Below are positions 46,049 to 56,960 of a DNA stretch of 64,000 nucleotides, in pieces. A program made the translations under genes and the position numbers. The DNA is taken from assembly GCA_038065495.1 (NCBI GenBank), contig JBBTQW010000002.1, positions 197,373-261,372 of the forward strand, written 5' to 3'. Positions within the stretch are counted from its first letter, which is position 1, and each line of letters opens with the position of its first letter. The notes beneath the pieces are model-generated. The model was not told the origin of the DNA. It worked only from the letters and a program-made list of their open reading frames with translations, and did no database searches. Origin of the DNA: Patescibacteria group bacterium (GTDB lineage: Bacteria > Patescibacteriota > Minisyncoccia > Phycocordibacterales > JACOZG01).

Positions 46049-47608
46049 CTACTCTAGCTTGTCAAGCGTTTCGTCCGCCACGAGTGGCGGCTGGACTGGA
46101 TCGCGATCGTCGAGGTCAGTTGCCAGAACTTCGCTCTCATCTACCACAATTTCATCAGCTTCTGTTTCGTCATCAGTAGTAGAAGTTAAATAAAATTTAT
46201 CATCACCAGATTCCGGGGCAGGCGTATCGGGATAACGGCTCAAGCGCCAGACCAAGAACAGCATAAACAGGATTGCTAAAATTAAGAGTGAAATAAGCAC
46301 CGTGCCGGCATTAAGATTAAACAAATTAAGCAAACCAATCGCCGCGGCTTGGAAAAAGTTAGGCCGTGTGGCTGTCTCGTTGGTCGTGGTGGCCGTGCTG
46401 GTAGCGGTCAGCTCGGCAAACAAATCATTATTAAAATCAACGCTGGAACTCAAATCGGCACTCTCCACGCTAGCGCCGGTTGAACCGTAAATCTGTCCGT
46501 AGTAATTGCGCAAGTCCAAATCGTTCTGGGTACTGCGGTAGCAATACACATTATTGATCGCCAGGCGCGTGGTGATAAAGACGTAACCAGTTGTCTCACT
46601 GATACCCCACGGATTAAGCACGTCGCGGAGGTACTGACTCTGGAAGCGTTCGACGGCTTCAAAATCCGCTTGGGTGTACACGCCAGTAATCGCTAAGTGC
46701 TCGCCCTCAAAGACGTTTAAGAACGCCTGTAACTTGCGCACTTCCACTGGATTATTGTTGCGCCCCAAGCGGATGTACTCACGCAAATACAGTGGACAGG
46801 CAAAAGGCACAGCCGTGCTGACGCCTAGCACTTGTCCCACGTAGCCAGAACTGCCACCGCCTCCGCCGCCACCACAATTCTGCGTACAGCCACCACCGCA
46901 GTTGGTGGTACAACCAGTTTCCGGAGCCAGAGTCGTGAAGCTATTCTCGCCCACTGTGTTCGAAGTGGTGGTAAAGCTATTTTCGCCAGGCGTTGTACTG
47001 GGCGTTGTACTAGTTGATGTGGTAAAGCTATTCTCACCAGCCGTCGTGTTGCCGGTAGTAAAGTTGTTCTCGCCCGTGGCATTAGCCGCCGTATTGCCGC
47101 CTTGTTCATCACTGATCGCCAAAGTGCCAGAGATCACGGCCGGAGTTGGCGTGGTTGGTGTAATGGGAACCACAACTTGATTCTCGCTAGCCGTGCTAGC
47201 CCCACCCTGCTCGGCACTAATAGCCAAGAGGGAGACCGGCGCAACTGGAGTCACAGTTTGAACATCAACTTCAGCTGCTACTTCTGTCTCAATCACTTCG
47301 GGCACAGTTACTATCACCTCAACAACTTCTGGAGTAACTTCGGGTGTAACGACTTCTGTTTCGGTTTCACTGGCCATTTCTACTTCTGCTGGCGCAATCG
47401 TCGGAGCATCAGGCGCCGCTACTGACTCGACCTTTGTTGTCTCATCTACCGTGATAACCGGCGCTGTTTCTTGCGCCGCCACGAAGTTACTAATTCCAGA
47501 CACAGTAAAGAGCCCAAGCAAGGCAAGGGCAAGCACACAAGTGCGCATTGTCGTTACGAGACGACTCTTTTTGGACATAGAATTGATAAAAAGACTTAAT
47601 TCCGACAC
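46049..47608 (-). CDS. Surface protein with ENSFTT tandem repeats, peptidoglycan-binding-like domain and C-terminal transmembrane anchor
   Basis: 519 aa. Signal peptide. Thr/Val/Glu-rich region. Four GENSFTT repeats encoded by ~45-nt nucleotide repeats (46890-47110). A CGGGCTQNCGGGGGGG motif. PG_binding_1-like segment (VRKLQAFLNVFEGEHLAITGVYTQADFEAVERFQ). One transmembrane helix and an acidic tail. Start uncertain (M1, M11 or M21). Confidence 0.6.
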   Translation of the reverse strand: MSELSLFINSMSKKSRLVTTMRTCVLALALLGLFTVSGISNFVAAQETAPVITVDETTKVESVAAPDAPTIAPAEVEMASETETEVVTPEVTPEVVEVIVTVPEVIETEVAAEVDVQTVTPVAPVSLLAISAEQGGASTASENQVVVPITPTTPTPAVISGTLAISDEQGGNTAANATGENNFTTGNTTAGENSFTTSTSTTPSTTPGENSFTTTSNTVGENSFTTLAPETGCTTNCGGGCTQNCGGGGGGGSSGYVGQVLGVSTAVPFACPLYLREYIRLGRNNNPVEVRKLQAFLNVFEGEHLAITGVYTQADFEAVERFQSQYLRDVLNPWGISETTGYVFITTRLAINNVYCYRSTQNDLDLRNYYGQIYGSTGASVESADLSSSVDFNNDLFAELTATSTATTTNETATRPNFFQAAAIGLLNLFNLNAGTVLISLLILAILFMLFLVWRLSRYPDTPAPESGDDKFYLTSTTDDETEADEIVVDESEVLATDLDDRDPVQPPLVADETLDKLE

Positions 47609-47760
47609 CCAAAAGAGCCAGTCAATGTACTAGAGCTATCCTCAGAACTATCACAACGCTACTAAATAAGCAAGCTTCTGGCCTAACTAGCACACTCTAA
47701 ACTAGAGATTTTTATCAAAATTAACACCAAATTAAGCCGTAAAAACCTAAGAGACAAGAG

Positions 47761-50247
47761 CTAATGTCCTTTAGAAAGTTCCTGATGCTCTAAGGTGTTT
47801 AATAAGCCGCATTTCTTGTACTTTTTGCCACTGCCACAAGGACAAGGATCGTTGCGATTTAGCTCACTTTTGGCACTTAAACTGGTCGCTTGATTAGGCG
47901 TGAGATTGATTGAGAAAGTGGGCAAAGGCGAGATGTCCTTAAAGCCTGTTTTGAGACTCGGCAATAGTCGTCTAATCTCTTCCAGAATATTCGCTTCCAT
48001 TAGTTTAAACATCCCAAGACCTTCGCGTTTATATTCCACCAGCGGATCTCTCTGCCCATAAGCGCGGAGACTGACACTCGAGCGCATTGCTTCCATCGCT
48101 TCCAGATGCTCTAGCCAGTTCAAGTCAATAATCTGGAGAGTGCCGCGGCGAAGCTGATCTTTTTCTTCGACACTTAAATCCAGATTTTGGTCAGCTAACT
48201 GCGCTAGCCATTCATCTACTGATTCTGCATTGCCGAAAAGCAGATTAGCCCGACGCTGATAAATCGTTGTGCGCTGATGATTGAGCACATTGTCGTAATC
48301 CAGCAAGTGCTTGCGCACATCAAAGTTCAAGCCTTCGATCTTGCCTTGCGCACTCTCGATCGCCCGCGAGACCATCTTGGCTTGGATCGGTTCATCTTCT
48401 GGGATCCCAAATCGTCCCATCAAACCCTTCACCCGCTCCGCCGCAAAGACCCGCGCTAGATCGTCCTCAAGTGAGATGAAAAATTGCGTGGTCCCCGGAT
48501 CGCCTTGCCGACCGGATCGGCCGCGCAACTGATTATCAATTCTCCTGGCCTCGTGCCGCTCGGTGCCGAGTACAAATAAACCACCCAAGTCGCGGATTGC
48601 CTGGCGCTCTGCTTCGCTCGCTGCCGCGCCACCAAGCTTGATGTCCACGCCGCGGCCGGCCATGTTGGTGGCGATCACCACGCTCCCGCGCTTGCCCGCT
48701 TCGGCAATAATCGCCCCTTCTTGTTCGTTATTCTTGGCATTTAGCACCTGATGCGCCACACCCTCGCGCCGCAAGTGCGCGGCTAGTAATTCGTTCTTTT
48801 CGATCGAAACTGTGCCGACTAGCACCGGCTGACCACGCTCGTTCAACTCTTTCACCTGTCTCACAATTGCTTTAATTTTGCCTTGTTCTGTTTGGAAAAT
48901 TAGATCCTCGCGATCAGTACGCTTATTCTCACGATGCGTGGGCACGGCGACCGTCTCCAAGCCATAAACGCGCGTAAACTCTTCGGCCGAGGTCAGCGCC
49001 GTACCCGTCATGCCGGCCACCTTTTTATACAGCTTAAAATAATTCTGGAACGTCACACTCGCGAGTGTGCGCGATTCTTGCTTCACACTCACACCTTCTT
49101 TGGCCTCAATCGCCTGATGCAAGCCTTCGCTCCAGCGCCGGCCGGGTTGTAAGCGTCCAGTAAATTCATCCACGATAATCACCTCGCCCTCGCGCACCAC
49201 ATAGTGCCGATCACGCTCATACAGTGCTTGCGCCCGCGTGGCTGTCTCCAAGTGATGCACATATTTTATTCCCCCATCGGTGTAGATATTGCCCACATCT
49301 AGCGCCTGTTCGGCTTTGTTAATGCCCGCATCGAGTAGCGCAATGCTCCGCGATTTTTCATCCACCGTAAAATCTTCATCGCGCTTAAGAGTGAGCGCAA
49401 TTTTCGCAAACTTCTGATACAAACTATCAGCCTCAGCGACTGGCGCGGAGATAATCAGTGGCGTACGTGCTTCGTCGATGAGAATAGAGTCCACTTCGTC
49501 GATGATCGCGTAAAAATGTTCCGGCCGCGCTGGTAGCGTGATCTGCGAGACTTGCTCCGGCACGTAAGCTAAGTTGTCGCGCAAGTAATCAAAGCCGAAC
49601 TCGTGGTTAGTGCCGTAAGTAATATCGGCCTGGTAAGCCTCGCGGCGCGAACAGGGTTTGAGAAAATCATAGACAATCTTATACCCGCCAACAGCGTCAC
49701 GATTAGCATCGCTCGCTGGATCACTCTGATGACGAGCATCGTAAAGATAAGAAGTTTCGTGATTAATCACGCCCACACGGAGGCCCAGCGCCGCGTAGAT
49801 TTGCCCCATCCACACCGCGTCGCGTCGCGCAAGATAATCGTTAACTGTTACCAGATGCACGCCCCGGCCCGCGAGTGCATTGAGATAAGTGGGTAGCGTG
49901 GCGACCAGAGTTTTTCCCTCACCAGTTTTCATCTCTGCAATTTTTCCCTGATGCATAATTATGCCACCCAAAAGCTGCACATCATAATGTCTCTGCCCCA
50001 GCGTGCGCTTGCCCGCCTCGCGCACCAGCGCAAAGGCTTCTGGCAACAAGTCGTCCAGACTCTCACCAGCAATTAAACGCTGTTTTAAAGCTTCAGTTCT
50101 GGCTGGCAAGTCAGCATCAGCCAGCTTTTCTAGTTCTGGCTCTAAACTATTTATTTTTTCTATTGTTGGCTGGAGCGAGCGCACGTAACGCTCATTACCA
50201 GCGCCGCCAAAGAGTTGGGACAAGAAAAAAGGCATAATGCTGTGCAT
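47761..50247 (-). CDS. secA: Preprotein translocase ATPase SecA
   Basis: About 828 aa. DEAD-like motor, preprotein cross-linking domain, C-terminal Zn finger CPCGSGKKYKKC. Start is ambiguous between 50247 (MHSIMPFF) and 50232. Confidence 0.93.
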   Translation of the reverse strand: MHSIMPFFLSQLFGGAGNERYVRSLQPTIEKINSLEPELEKLADADLPARTEALKQRLIAGESLDDLLPEAFALVREAGKRTLGQRHYDVQLLGGIIMHQGKIAEMKTGEGKTLVATLPTYLNALAGRGVHLVTVNDYLARRDAVWMGQIYAALGLRVGVINHETSYLYDARHQSDPASDANRDAVGGYKIVYDFLKPCSRREAYQADITYGTNHEFGFDYLRDNLAYVPEQVSQITLPARPEHFYAIIDEVDSILIDEARTPLIISAPVAEADSLYQKFAKIALTLKRDEDFTVDEKSRSIALLDAGINKAEQALDVGNIYTDGGIKYVHHLETATRAQALYERDRHYVVREGEVIIVDEFTGRLQPGRRWSEGLHQAIEAKEGVSVKQESRTLASVTFQNYFKLYKKVAGMTGTALTSAEEFTRVYGLETVAVPTHRENKRTDREDLIFQTEQGKIKAIVRQVKELNERGQPVLVGTVSIEKNELLAAHLRREGVAHQVLNAKNNEQEGAIIAEAGKRGSVVIATNMAGRGVDIKLGGAAASEAERQAIRDLGGLFVLGTERHEARRIDNQLRGRSGRQGDPGTTQFFISLEDDLARVFAAERVKGLMGRFGIPEDEPIQAKMVSRAIESAQGKIEGLNFDVRKHLLDYDNVLNHQRTTIYQRRANLLFGNAESVDEWLAQLADQNLDLSVEEKDQLRRGTLQIIDLNWLEHLEAMEAMRSSVSLRAYGQRDPLVEYKREGLGMFKLMEANILEEIRRLLPSLKTGFKDISPLPTFSINLTPNQATSLSAKSELNRNDPCPCGSGKKYKKCGLLNTLEHQELSKGH

Positions 50248-50864
50248 TATGCCTTTTTTACGTCCAAAAAACAATCTGATGGACTAACCAACTAACTATC
50301 GACTGCGCTTGCGCTTAGTCGCCTTCTTCTTAGTGGCCTTGCGCTTCTTTGGAGCGGCCTTCTTTCTTTTCTTTGCTGCCATGTTAATTAAAAATTATTT
50401 TTTTAAAGTTCCGCAACACCTCGACGACTGGTTGTTGCACTTCACTTAATTATCCGACAAAAACAATTTAGAAACAATAACTTTTTCGCAAAAGTGTGGA
50501 TAACTTTTTAGTTCTAAAATATTTCTAAATTATTTTTTGCAAAAAATTTTCTGCACAGACATGGCTAGCGGGTGCTGTCTCCTAAAAAACTAAATGTCTT
50601 AATGTGAGTGCGACCGCTAGCCACGACTAAGCACAAAACTGTTTATATCTTATTCTTAATTTTTTAGATACGCAAATCCCGCCGTGAGGCGGGACTTGCG
50701 CAAGACATTTACATTTAGCGGAGCAGTGCTAGCTTGCGCCAACATCGCACCCACGTGATCATACTAGCAAAATAAAAAGATTTAGGCAAGAAAAAAGGCC
50801 CGGATTACTATATCCGAGGCCCTTTTGGACGAAGTTTTGGTATTCGTCTCACTTACCGTTTTTA

Positions 50865-51251
50865 TCACTTGCCGTTGCCAGACTTCACTCCGAGAAAGTC
50901 GCGAGTAGTCAGAGCGTAAGAACCATGGGTCACTCGCTCGTACTGAGCGATGTGGTGAGCCAAGTCCGCAATCCGATCAGCGCTGAGATAACGCGGACCG
51001 CCGTTGAACTCTCGAGTGATTATGTGCTCACCCTTGAGCTCGGTGACCACGCTGACCCCACCAGCCTTCCAGTAGATGAAGTCGCCTGGCACGAGCTGCT
51101 TCGTCTGCTCTGCGAGCGTGGCCTCAGAGGCGCCAGCAAGAGCTTCGGGTTGGCCCGTGGGTGGATTCAGAAAGAAAAAGCCCCCACCGAAGATCGCGCC
51201 AGCAAAACCCAGAACCAAAAAGCAAACCAAAACATTTTTCAAGCTGTTCAT
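50865..51251 (-). CDS. Secreted hypothetical protein (128 aa)
   Basis: Start trimmed to MNSLKNVLVCFLVLGFAGAIFG (signal peptide). Consensus promoter TTGACA-N18-TATACT at 51356-51327 on the minus strand. Terminator hairpin at about 50795-50835. Confidence 0.55.
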   Translation of the reverse strand: MNSLKNVLVCFLVLGFAGAIFGGGFFFLNPPTGQPEALAGASEATLAEQTKQLVPGDFIYWKAGGVSVVTELKGEHIITREFNGGPRYLSADRIADLAHHIAQYERVTHGSYALTTRDFLGVKSGNGK

Positions 51252-51484
51252 CTCATTCTCCCATTCAGAATTTTCCGTTTTTCCTCTGACTGCAACAAGC
51301 AAGTCAAAGAACTGTTTACCTCCCCAAGTATAGCATAAGTAGTGTATACCTGTCAAGTGTTTTTGCAAACTGGTGCTTTTTGGTGCCAGAAAAGCCTTAT
51401 TTCTAGGCTTATTTTGGAAATAGGGTCAAAACGTGGCTAACCTTAGGGCTGGAAACAGGCCTGGGTTGAGCCAGATTTTGGCAG

Positions 51485-53743
51485 TTACTGCGCAATGGGA
51501 TTCCGTCCAGCGCGGATTTCGTTAATCAAACCTTCGGCTTGCGCTTTGTTCGCTGGATCAATTTCGGCGATGCTTTGCAATTCTATAATAGCTTGATTAC
51601 GATTGCCATTGGCGAGATATGCCGCAGCGAGGGAGAAATGCGCTTGCGCGTCGGTGGGATTAGCTTTCACTTTATCTTGCCACAGTTTGAGTACTAGATC
51701 ATAACGACGAGCAGAAACGTAAGCATTGATAAAGCGTTCGTCGGCCGGCACAGCGTCAATTTGTTTGTCTTTATCGCCAGCGAGCACTTGATCAGAGGTC
51801 TGGAGATCGCCAGTGTAGACGAGCACAAGCGCGTAGAAGAGTCTGGCTTCTGGGAAGCGTTCGTCAAGTTCGAAGGCGCGCTTGGCCGTAGCCAGTGCGG
51901 CTGGTTTATCGCCTGCTTCTAAATGCGCCGCAGCGAGCTGGAACAGAATAGTCTGTTTGTTCGGCGAGAGCGCGCTGGCTGTGGTGAGCTCGGTAATGGC
52001 TTCTGCCTGCTTACCCAGAGCGCTAAGCGCCGAACCGTAGAGCAAGTGAACGCGCGCATCATCCGGCACTTGCGCGATTTGGGCTTGGAATTGAGCTAAC
52101 AGTAATTCTGTGGCTGTTTGTTTGATCTCTGGCGAAACATTGGGATCGCGACTAAGTTGTAAGACTTGATTGAAAAATTGCTCAACCGCCTCGCGAGAAA
52201 TAAAAGTGTGACTGGCGAAAATATCTTGGAAAATCTTGACTCGGCTCTGCGCCACTTGATTGGCGTCAACATTCTGGGCGACTGGACTGATGCCGATAAT
52301 TAATCTAGCACTCACCGACATTGGTCTAAAATTGAAATAATAAAGTGAAGCGCCAAGCAACACTACCAAAACAGCTGGCGTGATAATCGCGAGAGCGGAA
52401 TTCTTGCTAGCTAAGTCGCGAGCATAATTATTTTGTTTTTCTTCTCTTTCTTGATCAGAAAAATTAAGATTGAAGTTGAGATAAGCGAGCACGGTGAGAA
52501 AAATTAAATAACTCGTGAGGTTGTCGAAAACGAAAAAGTTGTGGACTAAATACGCCGCAAGCAAACCGATAAAGAGCGCCTGGGCCGTGAGTGACAAACG
52601 CCGCGAGCGCCAGATGGCAACAAGCGCGAAGATGAAAAGCGTGAGATAAACCAGCAAACCAAGCGCGCCGGCCTCGATTAGCCAGTCTAAGAAAATATTG
52701 TGTGAGCGATCGAACCATGGCTCTTGCCGCCAGAGTTTGGACTCATAATATTTGTTGAACACAAGATTATAGCTCTCCGGCCCCCAGCCAAGCACTGGAT
52801 GCTCGGTGTAGCCGCGCAAGCTCATCTGCCAGATCGTCAGACGCGCTTCGGTCGTGGCCTCGGTGGCAGAAATGGAAGCAAAACGCGCCAGCGTGGGACT
52901 ATTCTTCACAAACTGAGAATCCCGCACGAACCAGAAACCGCCAACTAGAACGATTAAAACTGCCAGCGAACTAAGCCCCCAACGTCTAACTTGAGAATTT
53001 CTCCAGTTTTTAACCAGCAAAACGAGAGCGGTGACACCCAAGCCAGCTAGCACGCCAAGCAATGTGCCACGAGTGGTTGTTTTGTAGATTACAAAAACTT
53101 CTAGCAAAGCTAGCAGAATATAGACGTAGCGCAACCAAACATTTTTCCAAACTCGCGAGCAGAGATAGAGCGCGAGAAAAAAGTGGAATAAAGCATAACC
53201 AGCCAAGTAAGTGGAATTGCCAAAAGAAGCATCGATGCGCCCCTGACTAATCGCCGCAATGCCAGCGAGTTGCGCCAGCGCATGACCACAAATGATCAGA
53301 CTAACAACGAGAGAAGAATTGAGAAACCAGTTCCAGAGTTTTTCTGTCCGGAACATTGCCGACAAAATAACGAAATAAGCCGAGAGATGGAGATAACTGA
53401 TTAGGCCACCCATGCGCTCAAAGTTGGACCAAAAGCTGCGGAAAGGATGCTCGCCAAAGATCGTGGCCAGCGCGACAACTAAAGCTAAACCCAAGACGGA
53501 AAACAACAACCAAGACCTTTTCGGCCGAGCGGCCGGCTCGCGCCAGCAGAGCCACAGCCACGCGGCCAGGACGATCTCAACGATGATCCTAAAAAAGAAC
53601 GCCTTACCGCTAATAAACGGGAAAAACAGGCTTTTCGAGACTATCAACGGCGTGAGTAAAACGAGAAACAGGCCGGTATTGATAACGTAGCGCAGGACTT
53701 TGTTTAACTGCATATTGCGGATAACTCTAGCATAATCGGCCAA
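51485..53743 (-). CDS. O-antigen ligase/polymerase family (Wzy_C) membrane protein fused to C-terminal TPR repeats; PglL/TfpO-like O-oligosaccharyltransferase candidate
   Basis: 752 aa. About 12 transmembrane helices with a Wzy_C-like periplasmic loop, then ~250 aa of TPR repeats (AAHLEAGDKPAALATAKRAFELD...). Confidence 0.7.
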   Translation of the reverse strand: MADYARVIRNMQLNKVLRYVINTGLFLVLLTPLIVSKSLFFPFISGKAFFFRIIVEIVLAAWLWLCWREPAARPKRSWLLFSVLGLALVVALATIFGEHPFRSFWSNFERMGGLISYLHLSAYFVILSAMFRTEKLWNWFLNSSLVVSLIICGHALAQLAGIAAISQGRIDASFGNSTYLAGYALFHFFLALYLCSRVWKNVWLRYVYILLALLEVFVIYKTTTRGTLLGVLAGLGVTALVLLVKNWRNSQVRRWGLSSLAVLIVLVGGFWFVRDSQFVKNSPTLARFASISATEATTEARLTIWQMSLRGYTEHPVLGWGPESYNLVFNKYYESKLWRQEPWFDRSHNIFLDWLIEAGALGLLVYLTLFIFALVAIWRSRRLSLTAQALFIGLLAAYLVHNFFVFDNLTSYLIFLTVLAYLNFNLNFSDQEREEKQNNYARDLASKNSALAIITPAVLVVLLGASLYYFNFRPMSVSARLIIGISPVAQNVDANQVAQSRVKIFQDIFASHTFISREAVEQFFNQVLQLSRDPNVSPEIKQTATELLLAQFQAQIAQVPDDARVHLLYGSALSALGKQAEAITELTTASALSPNKQTILFQLAAAHLEAGDKPAALATAKRAFELDERFPEARLFYALVLVYTGDLQTSDQVLAGDKDKQIDAVPADERFINAYVSARRYDLVLKLWQDKVKANPTDAQAHFSLAAAYLANGNRNQAIIELQSIAEIDPANKAQAEGLINEIRAGRNPIAQ

Positions 53744-53760
53744 AAATGCTAGGATAGAGC

Positions 53761-54801
53761 ATGCTGAAAAAAGCGCTGATTACCGGCATCACCGGCCAAG
53801 ACGGCTCTTACCTGACCGAGCTACTCCTCAAAAAAGGTTACGAGGTTCACGGTATCATCCGACGCTCTAGTTCTATTAATACAGACCGAATTGACCACCT
53901 CTACCGCGATCCCCATCTCCACGGGGTCAAATTATTCTTACACTACGGCGACTTATCAGACAGTAGTAATCTATCGAGACTAATCGAGAAAGTGGCACCA
54001 GAAGAAATCTACAATTTAGGAGCACAAAGCCATGTAAAAGTCAGCTTTGACATGCCAGAGTATACTAGCGACACTGTGGCCCTAGGCACACTCAGACTGC
54101 TTGACGCTATTCGCGAGACGAGAATCAAAACGAGATTGTATCAGGCTTCGTCTTCAGAAATGTTTGGTCTAGTGCAAGAAAATCCACAAAGAGAAACTAC
54201 CCCTTTCTATCCCCGCTCGCCATATGGCTGTGCGAAAGTTTATGCTTATTGGATTACCAAAAATTATCGCGAGAGCTACGGCCTTTTTGCCAGCAACGGC
54301 ATTCTATTTAATCACGAGTCACCGCGTCGCGGTGAGACTTTCGTCACCAGAAAAATTACGCGAGGCTTAGCGCGAATTAAATTGGGAAAAGATAAAAAAC
54401 TTTATCTCGGCAATCTGGATGCCAAACGCGACTGGGGTTATGCCAAAGATTATGTGGAGGGCATGTGGCGGATGTTGCAACACTCTAAACCTGACGACTT
54501 TATCCTGGCTACTGGTGAGACTCACAGTGTGCGGGAATTTGCAGAAGAAGTGGCAAAAAATCTGGATATTAATCTAGCTTGGCAAGACAAGGGTCTGAAA
54601 GAAAAAGGAATTGATAAGAAAAGTGGTAAAACTATTATCGAAATCGATAAGCGTTATTTCCGTCCGGCTGAGGTTGATCTCTTGCTCGGCGATTACTCTA
54701 AGGCTAAGAAAGAATTGGGCTGGAAACCGAAAACCACTTTCCAGAAACTAGCAAAAATTATGACAGAAGCTGATTGGCAAGAAGAAAAAAGCAAAGCATG
54801 A
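53761..54801 (+). CDS. gmd: GDP-mannose 4,6-dehydratase
   Basis: 346 aa. Rossmann [14 protein letters not shown]. Catalytic SSEMFG triad Ser and YxxxK ([10 protein letters not shown]). Length and motifs are typical of Gmd. Confidence 0.9.
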   Translation: MLKKALITGITGQDGSYLTELLLKKGYEVHGIIRRSSSINTDRIDHLYRDPHLHGVKLFLHYGDLSDSSNLSRLIEKVAPEEIYNLGAQSHVKVSFDMPEYTSDTVALGTLRLLDAIRETRIKTRLYQASSSEMFGLVQENPQRETTPFYPRSPYGCAKVYAYWITKNYRESYGLFASNGILFNHESPRRGETFVTRKITRGLARIKLGKDKKLYLGNLDAKRDWGYAKDYVEGMWRMLQHSKPDDFILATGETHSVREFAEEVAKNLDINLAWQDKGLKEKGIDKKSGKTIIEIDKRYFRPAEVDLLLGDYSKAKKELGWKPKTTFQKLAKIMTEADWQEEKSKA

Positions 54802-55850
54802 CAATATGTTATGCCAGTCTGGGAACCAGTAATGCTCGCGATCAAGCGACAATTAGAGCCTTGCGGGCAACCGGCACAGAAGTAACCGTATTGATTGAAA
54901 ATACCCGTAGCTGGATTAAGTTTGGCAAACTAGCTCAAAAGTACTTTGCACTAAAAGAACAGCCCGATCTACTCATCGTGGGTTATGCCAGTGCTATTTT
55001 CGTCCCCCTACTTCGTCTAATCTCAAGAAAAAGAATTATCTACAATGCCCTCGCACCGCTCTATGACGGCATGGTAACCTCTCGTGGAAATAATCAAAAG
55101 ATTTCTCTGACAGCAATAAAATATTGGCTGATTGATTGGCTCGCCTTCCACACCGCTCATCATGTGTTAGTTGAGAGTGAGTTACAGAAAAAATTTGTAA
55201 CCAAAACTTTTCTACTCGCGCCAAATCGCGTATCTGTGACATACACTAGTGTTAATCAAAATGATTTCTTCTTTGACTCACAAATAAAAAAACTGGTTAA
55301 TTTTACTGTCGTTTTCAGAGGAAACTTTCTGCCTGAGGCAGGGGCAGAGGTAGTAGTAAAAGCCGCTAAAATTTTAGAAAAGTATGGGATTAAGTTCAGA
55401 ATCATCGGTCGTGGTTTATTAGAGCTGGAGGTACAAGAAATCATAAAGAAATTGCAGCCAGAAAATCTAGAGCTGATTACAGAGATTTTACCTTTTGAAA
55501 CGTTACGACAAAAAATGCAGGAATGCCACCTAGCGCTTGGTCAAATGGCCAATCATCCCCGACTAAGCCGCACAATACCAAACAAAGCGTTTGAAGTACT
55601 AGCCATGAAACTCCCTTACCTAACTGGTCGTCAGCCGGCAATTCTCGAACTGCTTGAAGAAAACTCAACTTGTTTTTGTAACAATCCAGGTGATCCTGCT
55701 GACTTGGCTCAGAAAATTTTAGATTTAAGCAAACAACCAGAGTTATTAAACATAATTGCTGAAAGGGGTTTTGCTCTGTACCAACAAACTTTGACAGAAA
55801 AAATTACCGGCCAGAGACTTTTGAAAATTACCACAGTGATCCTAACCTAA
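54798..55850 (+). CDS. Glycosyltransferase family 4 (GT-B fold)
   Basis: ATGA start/stop overlap with gmd. C-terminal GT1/GT4 domain with the E-x7-E region ([11 protein letters not shown]...). Confidence 0.7.
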   Translation: MTICYASLGTSNARDQATIRALRATGTEVTVLIENTRSWIKFGKLAQKYFALKEQPDLLIVGYASAIFVPLLRLISRKRIIYNALAPLYDGMVTSRGNNQKISLTAIKYWLIDWLAFHTAHHVLVESELQKKFVTKTFLLAPNRVSVTYTSVNQNDFFFDSQIKKLVNFTVVFRGNFLPEAGAEVVVKAAKILEKYGIKFRIIGRGLLELEVQEIIKKLQPENLELITEILPFETLRQKMQECHLALGQMANHPRLSRTIPNKAFEVLAMKLPYLTGRQPAILELLEENSTCFCNNPGDPADLAQKILDLSKQPELLNIIAERGFALYQQTLTEKITGQRLLKITTVILT

Positions 55851-56924
55851 GCCAACAAAGTTAATCACTGTAGTACAAAACTTTTCCCACGAGTGCTCAG
55901 TTTCAGCAATCAATCGATTCTGGCGTGATAGAGAAAGAAGCTCAACCTCTGGAGCTTGCTGAAGTTTTTGTAATGCAGACACATTATAGTTGGTGTCTGT
56001 CGTAGAGAGCTTGATGAGCGAAGGATGATCATAGCCCGACTCTGGCGTACAAGCCACCACCAGACCAAAGCACATTTGTTCTAAAATGGTTGTCGCCTGA
56101 GCATCGGCCGTACTCACATTAACAAAAATATCATATTCCTCAGCAATCTTAGACATAAACTGCGGCGTGAGCGCCACAAAGTCGGCAAGCTTCTTCCAGC
56201 CCTTAATCGTGCCTCCACCAATGTGACCGCCTTGGAAATTGGGAATGGCTCTAGCAATATTTTCCAACTCTCTTGTATTTTTAGACCAAGAAGTATGACC
56301 AATGTATAAATACTTTCTTTGTCCAACAGGATTAAAAGATTTTTTTACCAAAGGATAATCATCTGGCTCAATACCCATGTTCACATTAATCCGCCGCTTG
56401 ATGGGCAAATCACGGAACGGAGACTTCTCATCCCAGTCCCGTTGCCAGATATCGCCACCAACCAGAATCAAGCCTTCAATAGGCTGACTCAATAATCCCC
56501 GCGCCCAAGATACGTAGAGTGGATCGTGATTGTAAGGCATGATTAAAAAAGTCCGCCGGCCCGAATATTTGCGGATTGTACGAGAAGTCACAGATAACGG
56601 ATCGTCTGTACTGGAACCACTAGAAGAAAAACCGCCCAGCGGTGCCGGTTGACCAATAAAAATATCGCCCGCGCCCAGTCTAGCGACAGTTCGCTCGAAG
56701 AGACTGTAAAATCTAACCGCGCCCCTCTCTTTCAGAGCATGAAGCAGATTATAAGAGATAGAGTGTGGCGCGCGGATTGGCCTTTGCCAGGGAATCAACA
56801 GCTCGTGACCACCGCGATGAAGCGGTTGTAGGTGGACCAAACGAATAAATCGATCGAGTGCGCGACGCCAGAAATGGGAACTACCTGGGACAGTGTAAGC
56901 AAAATGGATTATCGGCTTAGACAT
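55842..56924 (-). CDS. Putative glycosyltransferase (GT-B-like C-terminal domain)
   Basis: 360 aa. C-terminal YIGHTSWSKNTRELENIARAIP...DIFVNVSTADAQATTILEQMCFGLVVACTPESGY resembles a GT1/GT4 donor-binding domain. Confidence 0.5.
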   Translation of the reverse strand: MSKPIIHFAYTVPGSSHFWRRALDRFIRLVHLQPLHRGGHELLIPWQRPIRAPHSISYNLLHALKERGAVRFYSLFERTVARLGAGDIFIGQPAPLGGFSSSGSSTDDPLSVTSRTIRKYSGRRTFLIMPYNHDPLYVSWARGLLSQPIEGLILVGGDIWQRDWDEKSPFRDLPIKRRINVNMGIEPDDYPLVKKSFNPVGQRKYLYIGHTSWSKNTRELENIARAIPNFQGGHIGGGTIKGWKKLADFVALTPQFMSKIAEEYDIFVNVSTADAQATTILEQMCFGLVVACTPESGYDHPSLIKLSTTDTNYNVSALQKLQQAPEVELLSLSRQNRLIAETEHSWEKFCTTVINFVGLG

Positions 56925-56960
56925 TAACTTCTGGCCTACTCTACCTTAAACAAAGCAACA

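Noticed and set aside
50296-50382. 28-aa Lys/Arg-rich ORF as a ribosomal protein gene (L34- or L36-like)
   Set aside because: No Shine-Dalgarno site, no match to the L34/L36 consensus, and it lies inside the secA promoter/leader region. Retained only as a low-interest note.
40951-50501. Replication origin suggested by perfect DnaA-box 9-mers TGTGGATAA at 40951-40959 and 50493-50501 (plus 8/9 matches at 34277 and 50446)
   Set aside because: The boxes are scattered 10 kb apart, not clustered. No adjacent dnaA/dnaN/gyrB. Two perfect 9-mers in 128 kb of two-strand sequence is near chance expectation.
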